From an uncultured Acidimicrobiaceae bacterium (GTDB taxonomy: Bacteria; Actinomycetota; Acidimicrobiia; Spongiisociales; ZC4RG35), in assembly GCA_964558575.1 (NCBI GenBank), contig CAZLEQ010000003.1, forward strand, positions 24,483-88,482: a stretch of 64,000 nucleotides of DNA, read 5' to 3'. The translations under genes were made by a program, and so were the position numbers. This document shows positions 54,331-63,440 of this stretch, piece by piece. Within the stretch, counting starts at the first letter, position 1; every line of letters starts with the position of its first letter. The notes under the pieces are model-generated. The model was not told where the DNA came from. It worked only from the letters and a program-made list of their open reading frames with translations, and made no database searches.

Positions 54331-55519
54331 TCAGCGGCGAGCGATCTCGTAGTGAAGACTCATGAACTCGATGCCACCGAGATAGAAGCGTTGATCGGTG
54401 AGCAACTCCCCCTCGTCGACATACACCTCTATTCGTCGAACGCCTCCAACTTGGCGACGGTGACCTCACCGGAATCGCGATCGATCGCGGAGAGATAGTG
54501 TCCCTGGAACGCCCCCTGCCGGCTGCTGAGCAACAACCCGTCGCCGCCGAGTGATGAGGGAAGCAGGGTGGCGGTGAAACTGCCCGCCGGCAAGGGGAAA
54601 CCGACACTCACATAACCGGTGTCGCCATGGCGCACCGCGTGGTGTAGATACCGACGAACAGCGGCTCGCCGGAGTCCTCGTAGGCACGCACCCAAGCCCT
54701 GAACTCGGGAATTCCGTCCTCGTCGACGTCGATGGTGTCGATCCAGCTGACCACCCCACGAGCCACCTCTTCGAGCCGGAATGGGGCGTTGGCCTGCCCG
54801 AGGGGTCTGGCCACCGTCTCCCGGTAGACCAGGTAGGGGAGACGCATCCACGGCTTCCACCTCGGGATGATCGACAGCGTGAACCGGCTGGTGTGCTCGT
54901 AGAATTCGCGCACGAGCGGATGGGCCAGGCCAGGATCGAACCCTGGTCCGGCGAGCTGGTCGAGAGAGTCGACGATGCCGACGTCGGGAGGGTTGCGGAT
55001 GAGAGCGGCACCGGTGAAGTCGGCATAGCGCGCCAGGTAATCGACACCCACATAACCCTGTCGCTCGGTGAGTGGCACCACGAACGGGACCGCGTCGACA
55101 CCGACTTGCTCCGCCAGGAAACGAACCTGCTCTCTCCCCCGATAGACCAGCCCGGCGACGGCTCGGTGGACGGCCACGGTGGTGGCGGCGACCACGCTCC
55201 ACCCGACGATTCCGGAGAGATACTCGAAGCCGGCACCGACGCCCAGACCGATCAGGGCTCCCAGCATCACCTTGCGGAGTCGGGCACCGAGGGCTGCCGC
55301 CACCGTTCCCGCTACGACTCCCACCACGACCAGGGGCCAGTCCGGCAGGGCCAGCTCGAAGAGCCAGCCCAGCCCGGCAGCCACCAGGACCGAGGCGAGA
55401 ACCCGAGCCCAGAGAGGCTGGGGGCGGCCCGGTCTCCTGGTGGCATCTGCCCACCCGGCCACCAATGCCATCGTCGCCCCTCCCACGACGACGGCGATAC
55501 CGGAGGAGACCCGGGGCAT
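54331..55519 (-). pseudogene. membrane protein gene readable only across three frames
   Basis: 54608-55519 ends ...EPLFVGIYTT. The sequence continues after a -1 shift as AVRHGDTGYVSVGFPLPAGSFTATLL...EVTVAKLEAFDE (to 54429). After another -1 shift it reads EVYVDEGELLTDQRFYLGGIEFMSLHYEIARR* (to 54331). Confidence 0.55.
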
Positions 55520-55753
55520 CCCTGATCCGAGAGCTCCCCGCCTACCACCCCGAGGAAGAGACCGGTCAGAGAGGCGGCGAGTACCTGGGCGGGGGTGCGC
55601 GGCCGGTTACCTGGACATTCATCGGATGGCCACGGTAGAGGTCGCGACCGCAGGGCTACCGCCGACAATGAGCGACGATTCACCGCGTAGAGTGGCCGAT
55701 ACCACCAACCGGAGGGTCGTGCTCGTTCCCGAGGCGGCCCGCGAAACGGAGGA

Positions 55754-56716
55754 ATGATGAGAACCGCCATCAAGCTCCTGCTGGCTGTTGCCCTGGTGCT
55801 GGCGACCATGCTTCCCGCAGGAGCGATCACCAACGGAGAGCCCGACGACGGAGAACATCCGCATGTGGGACAGCTGCTGTTCTTCGTACCCGACGTCATC
55901 GACTCCCGCTTCGACGATCCCGGCGCATGGTTCACCTGCACCGGAACGCTCCTCGACGGGACCACCGTGCTCACCGCTGGTCACTGCACGTTCGCGGTGG
56001 GGTTGAACGGCGCCACCACCAACACAGCCGACAGCCCTCTGGTCGACACCGACGGTGACGGGGTGGCGGACAACGCGACCGGGGGCAACGACATCTGGAT
56101 CAGCTTCGAGGAGGCACCCGATTTCACGATCCTCCCCCCATCGAGCGGCTACGACCGGGACCAGAACCCAGACCGTTATCGAGATTGGCGCGATGCGCTC
56201 AACAGTTCCGTTGAATGGATCAGGGGAACTGCTCATCCCCACCCCGACTACAACGACAGAGCCTTCCTGTTCGCCGACGCCGGGGTCGTTGAACTGGAGA
56301 CGAGCTCGGGCATCACCTCGGTTGGAGAGCTGCCCGAGCTGGGCCATCTCGACCGGTACAAGACCGAGCGACGCAACGAGAACCGCTTCATCGCGGTCGG
56401 ATACGGACTGAACACCGGCTTCCCGACATTCTTGGGCGGCGACACCCGGGAGAAGGCGACGATGATGCTGGTCAGCCTCAAGGGCACATACGGGTTCCCC
56501 GAAGGGACCACGGTGGTGTTTTCATCGAGCAACGGCAAGACTCATCGCGGCGGAACCTGCTTCGGAGACTCCGGCGGCCCGGTGTTCGAGGGTGACGGCA
56601 ACACGATCGTGGCGGTGACATCGTTCGGGATCACCTTCAACTGTGTCGAGCCCGGTGGCTACTACCGGATCGACCAGGCCGACGACCTGGAGTTCATCAA
56701 GGGCTTCCTCGACTGA
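55754..56716 (+). CDS. secreted trypsin-like (S1) serine protease
   Basis: Signal peptide MMRTAIKLLLAVALVLATMLPAGA, then VLTAGHC and CFGDSGGPVF. Confidence 0.85.
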   Translation: MMRTAIKLLLAVALVLATMLPAGAITNGEPDDGEHPHVGQLLFFVPDVIDSRFDDPGAWFTCTGTLLDGTTVLTAGHCTFAVGLNGATTNTADSPLVDTDGDGVADNATGGNDIWISFEEAPDFTILPPSSGYDRDQNPDRYRDWRDALNSSVEWIRGTAHPHPDYNDRAFLFADAGVVELETSSGITSVGELPELGHLDRYKTERRNENRFIAVGYGLNTGFPTFLGGDTREKATMMLVSLKGTYGFPEGTTVVFSSSNGKTHRGGTCFGDSGGPVFEGDGNTIVAVTSFGITFNCVEPGGYYRIDQADDLEFIKGFLD

Positions 56717-56805
56717 ACTCGCCAGCAACCCCCACACATCCCGGCCGATCACGAGACGGCCGGGATGTGTGCGTCCCCGTAGCGTGACTCGGGTATAGCG
56801 TCGCA

Positions 56806-57708
56806 GTGGTGGCTGCCGACATCGTCGTCATCGGATCGATCAACCGCGATCTCACCGTGGTCACTGCCAGTCTCCCCAAACCCGGGGAGACGGTCATGGG
56901 AAGACGCCACTACTCCGGTGGCGGCGGTAAGGGGGCCAACCAGGCAGTGGCGGCGGCACGTCTGGGATCTCGGGTGGCCATGGTGGGCAGGGTGGGCGAC
57001 GACGAGCATGGGACGACGCTGCGCACCGCTCTCCAAGACGAGGGAATCGATGTCGCGGGTATTGGCGTAGACCCGGAACTGCCCTCCGGGCTGGCGGTGA
57101 TCACCGTCGATGACAACGCCGAGAACACCATCGTGGTCAGTCCTGGCGCCAACGCACGGCTGTCACCCGAGCACCTCGACTCCGAGCTGGTCGCCGGCGC
57201 CCAAGTGGTGCTCGCCCAGCTCGAGATCCCCCTGGAGACCGTGTCCGCGGCGGCCCGAATCGCCACCGGGATCTTCGTCCTCAACCCCGCCCCGGCTCAA
57301 CAGCTCCCCGACGAGCTGCTCGCCGGGGTCGACATCCTGGTCCCCAATCGCCCGGAGCTGAGCGTGCTCACCGGCCGGGATGAGCCCATCACGGTGGAGG
57401 CCGCCACCGCTGCGGCCGCCTCCCTCCGCCATGGTGGACCGACCGTGGTCACCCTTGGAGCTGCCGGCGCCCTGGTGGTCGAGGGGGACGAGAGGGTTCT
57501 GGTCCCCGCACCCGTGGTCGACCCGGTCGATCCCACCGGGGCCGGGGACGCCTTCTGCGGTGCTCTGGCGGTTTCGCTCAGCCGGGGAACAGACCTCGTC
57601 GACGCCGTGACCATGGCGGTGGTGGCCGGCGCCCTCGCCACCACCCGACCCGGAGCCCAATCGGCGATGCCCACAGCCCTTGAGGTGGAGACGGCGTCGA
57701 AGAGATAG
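56806..57708 (+). CDS. rbsK: ribokinase
   Basis: VVIGSINRDL, GGGKGANQAVAAARLG, DPTGAGDAFCGALA. PfkB family with ribokinase-type motifs. Confidence 0.85.
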   Translation: MVAADIVVIGSINRDLTVVTASLPKPGETVMGRRHYSGGGGKGANQAVAAARLGSRVAMVGRVGDDEHGTTLRTALQDEGIDVAGIGVDPELPSGLAVITVDDNAENTIVVSPGANARLSPEHLDSELVAGAQVVLAQLEIPLETVSAAARIATGIFVLNPAPAQQLPDELLAGVDILVPNRPELSVLTGRDEPITVEAATAAAASLRHGGPTVVTLGAAGALVVEGDERVLVPAPVVDPVDPTGAGDAFCGALAVSLSRGTDLVDAVTMAVVAGALATTRPGAQSAMPTALEVETASKR

Positions 57709-57710
57709 TT

Positions 57711-58658
57711 ACGATCGCCGACATCGCCCGACCGATCATCATCGACACCGACCCGGGCCAGGACGACGCGGTCGCATTGCTCGCCGCCCTGGCCAGCCCA
57801 GACGAGCTCGAGGTGCTCGCCATCACCGTCGTCGCCGGCAACGTAGCTCTCGACCTGACGGTGGCTAACACGCTCGCGCTGGTCGAACTGGCCGGCCGGA
57901 CCGAAATCCCGGTGTATCGGGGATCGGTTCGCCCGATGGTCAACGACCTGGTCACCGCGGAGTACGTGCACGGACCCACCGGACTGGACGGGGCCGACCT
58001 GCCCCCGCCGACGATGGAGGCCGGGCCGGGCCATGCCGTCGATCACATCGTCGACCTCCTGATGTCCCGGGAAGGGCCTACGACGCTGTGCACTCTCGGG
58101 CCGCTGACCAACCTCGGGATGGCCCTGGTCAAAGAGCCGCGCATCGCCGACAGGGTCGACCAGCTGGTGATGATGGGCGGCGGCTTCTTCGAAGGCGGCA
58201 ACACCACCCCGGCGGCAGAGTTCAACATCTACGTCGACCCCCACGCCGCCCACGTTGTGTTCACCAGCGGGATCCCGATCGTGATGATGCCTCTCGACGT
58301 GACCCACCGGGCACTCACCACCCCGGAGCGTCTGCAACGATTCCGCGACATGGGGACGCCGGCCGGCGACGCGGTGGCGGGAATGCTCGGGTTCTACGAC
58401 CGCCACGACAGGGAGAAGTACGGGATCGATGGCGGCCCGCTCCACGATCCCACGGTGATCGCCTACCTCCTCTCCCCCGCCCTCTTCGAGGGCAGGCGGG
58501 TGTCGGTCGAGATCGAGACCGCACCGGGCCCCACCCAGGGGATGACCGTGGTGGACTGGTGGGGGGTGACGAGCGGAGAGCCCAACGCCCTGGTGATGAA
58601 TCAGATCGACGCCGACGGCTTCTACGACCTCCTGGTGGACCGGATCGGCCGGCTGTGA
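57711..58658 (+). CDS. nucleoside hydrolase (IUNH family); start codon unresolved
   Basis: RPIIIDTDPGQDDAVALLAAL (catalytic Asp cluster) is encoded at 57729-57790. There is no ATG, GTG or TTG between the in-frame TGA at 57681 and the TTG at 57777. The listed ORF from 57777 lacks the DTDPGxDD motif. Confidence 0.75.
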   Translation, partial: TIADIARPIIIDTDPGQDDAVALLAALASPDELEVLAITVVAGNVALDLTVANTLALVELAGRTEIPVYRGSVRPMVNDLVTAEYVHGPTGLDGADLPPPTMEAGPGHAVDHIVDLLMSREGPTTLCTLGPLTNLGMALVKEPRIADRVDQLVMMGGGFFEGGNTTPAAEFNIYVDPHAAHVVFTSGIPIVMMPLDVTHRALTTPERLQRFRDMGTPAGDAVAGMLGFYDRHDREKYGIDGGPLHDPTVIAYLLSPALFEGRRVSVEIETAPGPTQGMTVVDWWGVTSGEPNALVMNQIDADGFYDLLVDRIGRL

Positions 58659-58843
58659 GCGCGCTTCCCGATGTGGGCTACCTCCTGAACCGCACCTAGC
58701 CTTCTCATCACCGAGGCGGAGCCGCTCACTTTTCGAGGTTCCCGACTTCCTCGAGTGGAACCCACTCCGCTCTACCACCCTCCAGGAAAGGGATCACCCA
58801 TGAACGACTCATTGCCCACGCGCGCTCACGCCCGGGGAAGACG

Positions 58844-59233
58844 ATGAGCTTCCTCGTCACCCTCTGTCTCATGGTGCCCGGCGTGTGTGACACCACCGGA
58901 CTCGACCATCTCGATGCCATCGGCCGCCACAAAGCCGCCGGCCCCGTCGAGCGATGGCGTCCACTGGTCGAGTCACAGTTCCCGGACGGTGAGGTCGACA
59001 CGGCGATGTGCATCATCCGCCACGAATCGAACGGGAACCCCGATGCCGACAACCCGCGCTCGTCGGCCCGTGGCTTGTTCCAGGTGCTCGGCTCGCTCTG
59101 GGCTCCGCACTTCGGGATCAGCCGCACCGAGCTCTACGACCCGCTGACCAACACCCGCATAGCCGCCAGCATCTGGGAGGAGCAGGGCTGGTGGGCGTGG
59201 TCGCCCTACAAGCGGGGGCTATGCCGCGGCTAA
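58844..59233 (+). CDS. lytic transglycosylase (SLT-domain) protein
   Basis: IIRHESNGNPDADNPRSSARGLFQV, with the catalytic Glu in the ES motif. Short hydrophobic N-terminus. 129 aa. Confidence 0.8.
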   Translation: MSFLVTLCLMVPGVCDTTGLDHLDAIGRHKAAGPVERWRPLVESQFPDGEVDTAMCIIRHESNGNPDADNPRSSARGLFQVLGSLWAPHFGISRTELYDPLTNTRIAASIWEEQGWWAWSPYKRGLCRG

Positions 59234-59332
59234 TGGTCTCTGGCGCCGGCTGAGCCAGGCACTCGATCAGGACAAAGTCGCCGGGGAAAGCCGCCCCTCT
59301 TCACCTGGGACCAGGAACCCACTCGTCATGGG

Positions 59333-59360
59333 GAAAGGGCGGCCCGGGGGCCGCCCTTTC
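59333..59360. terminator. bidirectional stem-loop between convergent genes
   Basis: GAAAGGGCGGCC-cggg-GGCCGCCCTTTC. Perfect 12-bp stem between the stops at 59233 (+) and 59404 (-). Confidence 0.6.
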
Positions 59361-59403
59361 ATCGCACACCCAGCAGCGGACTGGGAGTTGTCCCGGCTGG
59401 GGA

Positions 59404-60234
59404 TCAGGGATTCCGACCAGGGGCTGAGGCGGAGTTGCCGCGGGGCTGGTCCGAGGGGCCGCCGGCGTGATCCGGCGGACCGGCGCCCTCCGGCGGACCG
59501 GCGCCCTCGGGCGGACCGGCATCATCGGGGCGACCAGCATGGGCCGGAGTTCCAGACTCTTCGTCGGTGCCCAGGACATCAGGGCCGTGATCGCACTTGG
59601 TCATCACGCTCTCGAACTCGATGGTGCCTTCCTCGGGATCCTCGATCTCGGCCTCGGGATCGACGTCGGGAACGTTCACCTGTTGGTCGCCCTTGCCCAG
59701 GTCGGACTGGGCGATGTGACGCACGAGACAGCCCCGGGCGCGCCCGTCGTACATCAGGTTGAACAGCCTGAGGAACATCCCGTGATTGATCTGGCCCTGG
59801 GGCCCGGCGACGAAGTCACCGCTGACGAGGCACTCTTCGTCGGGGCCGGGGTATTCGACAGGATCGAGCCCCTGAGCTTCCTCGTTGTCCTCGTTGGGCC
59901 CCAACTCGACGGTTCCCTCTCCATCCTGGAGATCCTCCACGAGCAGGTGGCTCTCGTCGACCCGGGTGTAGGTGGCCTGGAGCTCGCCCTCGAGTGTGCA
60001 GTCGTAGAGACCGTCACGGTCGGAGGCGCCCCAGACGAACACCCCGTTCTCCTGGTCGTATCCGAAGTTGAAAGTCGTGTCGGGCTCTTGGTCTTTCTCG
60101 GTGACCGCGTAGGCAACGCCCGAGGCGGCCAACAGCCCGACTATCGCGGTGAGGACGATCAGCTTGTTTCGCAAGGCTCTGTCTCCTGATTTGCTGGCTC
60201 GTTCCCAGCCCTGGTACACCGTCGTAAACGCCAT
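59404..60234 (-). CDS. secreted or membrane-anchored acidic protein with a C-terminal Gly/Pro repeat tail
   Basis: Start taken at ATG 60234. Signal/anchor LIVLTAIVGLLAASGVAYA. Four Cys. Tail AGPPEGAGPPEGAGPPDHAGGP. Confidence 0.6.
   Translation of the reverse strand: MAFTTVYQGWERASKSGDRALRNKLIVLTAIVGLLAASGVAYAVTEKDQEPDTTFNFGYDQENGVFVWGASDRDGLYDCTLEGELQATYTRVDESHLLVEDLQDGEGTVELGPNEDNEEAQGLDPVEYPGPDEECLVSGDFVAGPQGQINHGMFLRLFNLMYDGRARGCLVRHIAQSDLGKGDQQVNVPDVDPEAEIEDPEEGTIEFESVMTKCDHGPDVLGTDEESGTPAHAGRPDDAGPPEGAGPPEGAGPPDHAGGPSDQPRGNSASAPGRNP
59471..59524. repeat. 18-bp tandem repeat, two perfect copies plus one degenerate copy
   Basis: TCCGGCGGACCGGCGCCC at 59471-59488 and 59489-59506, then TCGGGCGGACCGGCATCA. 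Encodes the GPPEGA repeats of the gene above. Confidence 0.8.
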
Positions 60235-60344
60235 CTCGCGGCAGCGGGTTACGGTCGATTCGGAGTAACTCCTCGCCCGGTTGTCACCGGAGGCCAATTC
60301 GCCTCGTCATCCGGGTGAGACCAGGGCCGAGAAGGGAGAAGACG

Positions 60345-61259
60345 ATGAGGGTCTTGTTCACCGGGGCCACCGGGGTCCTCGGCCGGGCCGCGATCCCACG
60401 GCTGGTCGCCGACGGCCACGATGTGGTGGCCGTGGCCCGGAGCCCAGCAGACCACGGGCGACTCGACGATGTCGGGGCCCAAGCCGTGGCGGTCGACCTC
60501 TTCGACGCCGAGTCGGTCGACCGAGCCGTTGCCGGTGCCGATGCGGTGATCCACTTCGCCACCTCCATCCCGCCCATGGCGAAGATGGCCAAACGCGAGG
60601 CGTGGGCTACCAACGACCGTCTCCGCTCGGAGGCCACCGGACTGCTCGTCGATGCCGCCCTCGCCCACGGTGTCGGCAGGTTCATCCAACAGTCGATCAC
60701 CCTCCCCTATGCCGACGGCGGTGACGACTGGCTCGACGAGGACTCCCCGATCGATCCGGCCTGGGTCGTCATCCGGTCGGCTCTGGAGGCCGAAGGGCAC
60801 GTGGACCGCTTCCGGAGAGGAGGAGGGGCCGGGCTCACCCTCCGGCTCTCCCGCCTCTACGGACCGGGTCGGGTCTCCAGCGACTACATCGAGGGGGTCA
60901 GATCCCGCAAGGTGCCCGTAGTCGGAAAGGGCGACAACCACTTGTCCAGCATCCATGTCGAAGACGCCGCCGGCGCACTCTCCGTAGCCCTCACCGCTCC
61001 GGACGGCGTGTACAACGTGACCGACGACAGTCCGGTCACCGCGGCCGTGTACACCGGCTCGCTGGCGGCACTGCTCGGTGCCCCGAGTCCGCGGCACCTT
61101 CCCCGCTTCGTGGCCCGACTCGCCTTCGGTGACGTCATCACCCTGCTCACCACGTCACATCGGGTGTCGAATGCCCGTCTCCGCGCCGCCACCGGGTGGG
61201 CCCCTGGATTCGCCTCCGTGGTGAAGGGGTGGCGGGACATCGTCACCGGGAGTCGATGA
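60345..61259 (+). CDS. NAD-dependent epimerase/dehydratase (extended SDR)
   Basis: MRVLFTGATGVLGRA Rossmann motif. ATG after GAAGGGAGAAG. 304 aa. Confidence 0.85.
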   Translation: MRVLFTGATGVLGRAAIPRLVADGHDVVAVARSPADHGRLDDVGAQAVAVDLFDAESVDRAVAGADAVIHFATSIPPMAKMAKREAWATNDRLRSEATGLLVDAALAHGVGRFIQQSITLPYADGGDDWLDEDSPIDPAWVVIRSALEAEGHVDRFRRGGGAGLTLRLSRLYGPGRVSSDYIEGVRSRKVPVVGKGDNHLSSIHVEDAAGALSVALTAPDGVYNVTDDSPVTAAVYTGSLAALLGAPSPRHLPRFVARLAFGDVITLLTTSHRVSNARLRAATGWAPGFASVVKGWRDIVTGSR

Positions 61260-61362
61260 GACCGTCCCCCCGCCGACAGGCTCGCCCATGGCCCTATGCG
61301 ATCTGCCTGAGGACGGCCCGCCCATCCGTCCGCTTCGGCGCAGGTTTGCCGTTACTTAGGAT

Positions 61363-63420
61363 GTGATGATGGCCCTGTCCACCGACCTGAGCCCGCGCCG
61401 ACCGCCGGGAGGACGGATCCGCGCCGCAGTGTGGGTGGGTCACATGGCGCTGCCCCTCCTCGCCCTGTGGCTGCTCCTGGCCCAACCCGATCTCGACATC
61501 CAATGGGAGCACCGCCCCAGTCACTTCTGGCTGGTTCTCGCCGTGGCCGGGGTGAACGTCGCTCTCTCGTTCCAGGTCCTTCACGCCGCCCGCACCAGGG
61601 AAGATGCCCGGCTCCTCCTCGTCGGCTATGCCTTCATGCTCGCCGCCGGATTTCTCCTCCTCCATGCCCTGGCCACGCCGGGCGTGATCGTGGCCAACCC
61701 CAATAGCGGGTTCGAGATCGCCACCCCCGTGGGCCTCGCCCTGGCCTCGGTGTTCTTCGCCCTCGCCTCCTTCGAGTACTCCAATGAGACCTCGCGCCGG
61801 CTCGTGGGACGGGACCCGGTGATCAAGTGGACCCTCATCGGGGCGATGGTGGTCTGGGGCGTGGTCTCCCTCGCCGAGCTCCCACCCCTGGCCCGGCCCA
61901 TCGCCGAGGAAGTAGAAGGCCCGCTGAGGTGGATGGCGATGGTGGCTATCGCCATCTACATCGTCGCCGCCCTCCGCTTCTTCGACGCCCACCGCAAGAA
62001 GCCGTCGGTGATGCTCATCGCCATCATCACCGCGGCCGCTCTCCTCGCCGAGGCGATGGCCACCATCATCTGGGCGCGGAGCTGGCATCTCTCCTGGTGG
62101 CTGTGGCATCTCCTCATGGCGGCCGCTTTCGGCTTCGTCGCCTACTCGGCATACACCCAATACAAGAGGGAGGGTGCGGCGTCGGGAATCTTCGACGGCA
62201 TCGTCAGCCGGGAGACCGCGGAGGTGGTTCGCCAAGAGTACGGCGGCGCCCTCGAGACCCTCACCGACACACTGCAACGCGCCGTCCACGTGGGCATGAC
62301 CGACACCGACGTCGATCTGATCGTCACCGGGCTCGCCGCCAGGTTCGGTCTCACCGAGGGCCAGACCGAGGTCCTCGCCCGGGCGGCGCGGTCGTTGGCG
62401 ACCGAGCGCGACCAGGCGCGGAGACTGGGGGCCCTGGCGTCGATTGCCACCGAGGTCTGGGTGGAGCGCAGCGAAGACGAGCTGTTGGAGCAGGTGGTGA
62501 GTGTCGTCGCCGAGCAGTTCGCCCCCGATCTGGTCAGGGTGGGCTTGGTGGGATCCGACGGGGTGGTATACCCGGATCGACTCGCCTCCGGTCCATGGCC
62601 GGCCAACGGAGACCGTTACGCGCGGGACATGACCGTGGCCGGGGAGCGTTCGGGAGTGGTCGAGTTCGCCAGACCCCACGGACGGTTCCATCCCCGCGAC
62701 ACGTCGATCATGGATACCCTGGTCGCCGAGATCGGCATCGCCGTGGAGAACGTCCGTCTCTACCGGCAACTGGACACATTGTTCCGCAGCTACCTGTCCC
62801 CCGACGTCGTCGACAGCCTGAAACAGGACCCGTCCCGGGCGGGGCTGGGAGGCTCGATGGTCGAGGTCACCGCCCTGTTCGCCGACCTGCGCGGGTTCAC
62901 CAGCTTCTCGGAGAGTACCGACCCAGTCGAAGTGATGGAGCTACTCAACCGCTACTTCGGGGTGGCAGTGCCCATCGTCATGCGCAACGGTGGCACGGTG
63001 ATCCAGTTCGTCGGCGATGCCATGTTGGCGGTGTTCGACGCACCGAGCCCGGCCCCCGATCACGAGTACCGGGCGGCACGCACCGCACTCGAGATGCAGG
63101 AGGCGATCGCCGCGGTGGCCGGCGGTGCCGACAACGCACCCCGGTTTCGCATCGGGATCAACACCGGGATGGCCCTCGTCGGCAACATCGGCAGCGCCGA
63201 GCTGCGCAGCTTCAACGTGGTGGGCGACGCCATCAATGTCGCCTCGCGTCTGGAGACCTCGGCGGAGCCGGGAACGGTGGTGATCGGAGAGCCCACCTAC
63301 CGGGCCATCGCCGATCGGGTCGTCGCCACCCACGTGGGTGCCCTCGAGCTGAAGGGGAAGGAAGTGCCGATCGACGCCTATCTGCTCGAGGGACTGGCCC
63401 CTTCTGGCAACCCGGGATAG
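61363..63420 (+). CDS. membrane-bound class III adenylate/guanylate cyclase with a GAF-like middle domain
   Basis: About seven TM helices, then a GAF-like segment (LASIATEVWVERSEDELLEQVVSVVAEQF...). Cyclase motifs VTALFADLRGFTSFSE, FVGDAMLAVF, INTGMALVGNIGS, VVGDAINVASRLE. Confidence 0.85.
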   Translation: MMMALSTDLSPRRPPGGRIRAAVWVGHMALPLLALWLLLAQPDLDIQWEHRPSHFWLVLAVAGVNVALSFQVLHAARTREDARLLLVGYAFMLAAGFLLLHALATPGVIVANPNSGFEIATPVGLALASVFFALASFEYSNETSRRLVGRDPVIKWTLIGAMVVWGVVSLAELPPLARPIAEEVEGPLRWMAMVAIAIYIVAALRFFDAHRKKPSVMLIAIITAAALLAEAMATIIWARSWHLSWWLWHLLMAAAFGFVAYSAYTQYKREGAASGIFDGIVSRETAEVVRQEYGGALETLTDTLQRAVHVGMTDTDVDLIVTGLAARFGLTEGQTEVLARAARSLATERDQARRLGALASIATEVWVERSEDELLEQVVSVVAEQFAPDLVRVGLVGSDGVVYPDRLASGPWPANGDRYARDMTVAGERSGVVEFARPHGRFHPRDTSIMDTLVAEIGIAVENVRLYRQLDTLFRSYLSPDVVDSLKQDPSRAGLGGSMVEVTALFADLRGFTSFSESTDPVEVMELLNRYFGVAVPIVMRNGGTVIQFVGDAMLAVFDAPSPAPDHEYRAARTALEMQEAIAAVAGGADNAPRFRIGINTGMALVGNIGSAELRSFNVVGDAINVASRLETSAEPGTVVIGEPTYRAIADRVVATHVGALELKGKEVPIDAYLLEGLAPSGNPG

Positions 63421-63440
63421 TCGGGCGTATCTTCGGGGCG

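Noticed and set aside
24601-58658. Explaining all frame breaks purely as sequencing or assembly homopolymer errors
   Set aside because: Not fully rejected. It is disfavoured because the breaks cluster (two per gene in four genes) and they co-occur with a multi-kb deletion and a 3' truncation. One break is a +1 type. About 25 kb of long conserved ORFs carry none. Read-level data are needed.
58659-58843. ydaO-type cyclic-di-AMP riboswitch upstream of the transglycosylase gene, as seen for rpf genes in actinobacteria
   Set aside because: I could not find the conserved ACCCGAAUCC...AGCUAACCUCGUAAG or GGGGUGAAUC blocks. CCUGAACCGCACCUAGCC is only a loose resemblance and sits directly after the upstream stop codon. 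An Infernal scan would be decisive.
61294-63440. 491-aa minus ORF 61294-62769 and the first ~540 codons of the 686-aa plus ORF 61827-63887
   Set aside because: One is antisense to the cyclase gene and the other is an alternative frame of it. Only the terminal Nudix part (63441-63887) is coding-like.
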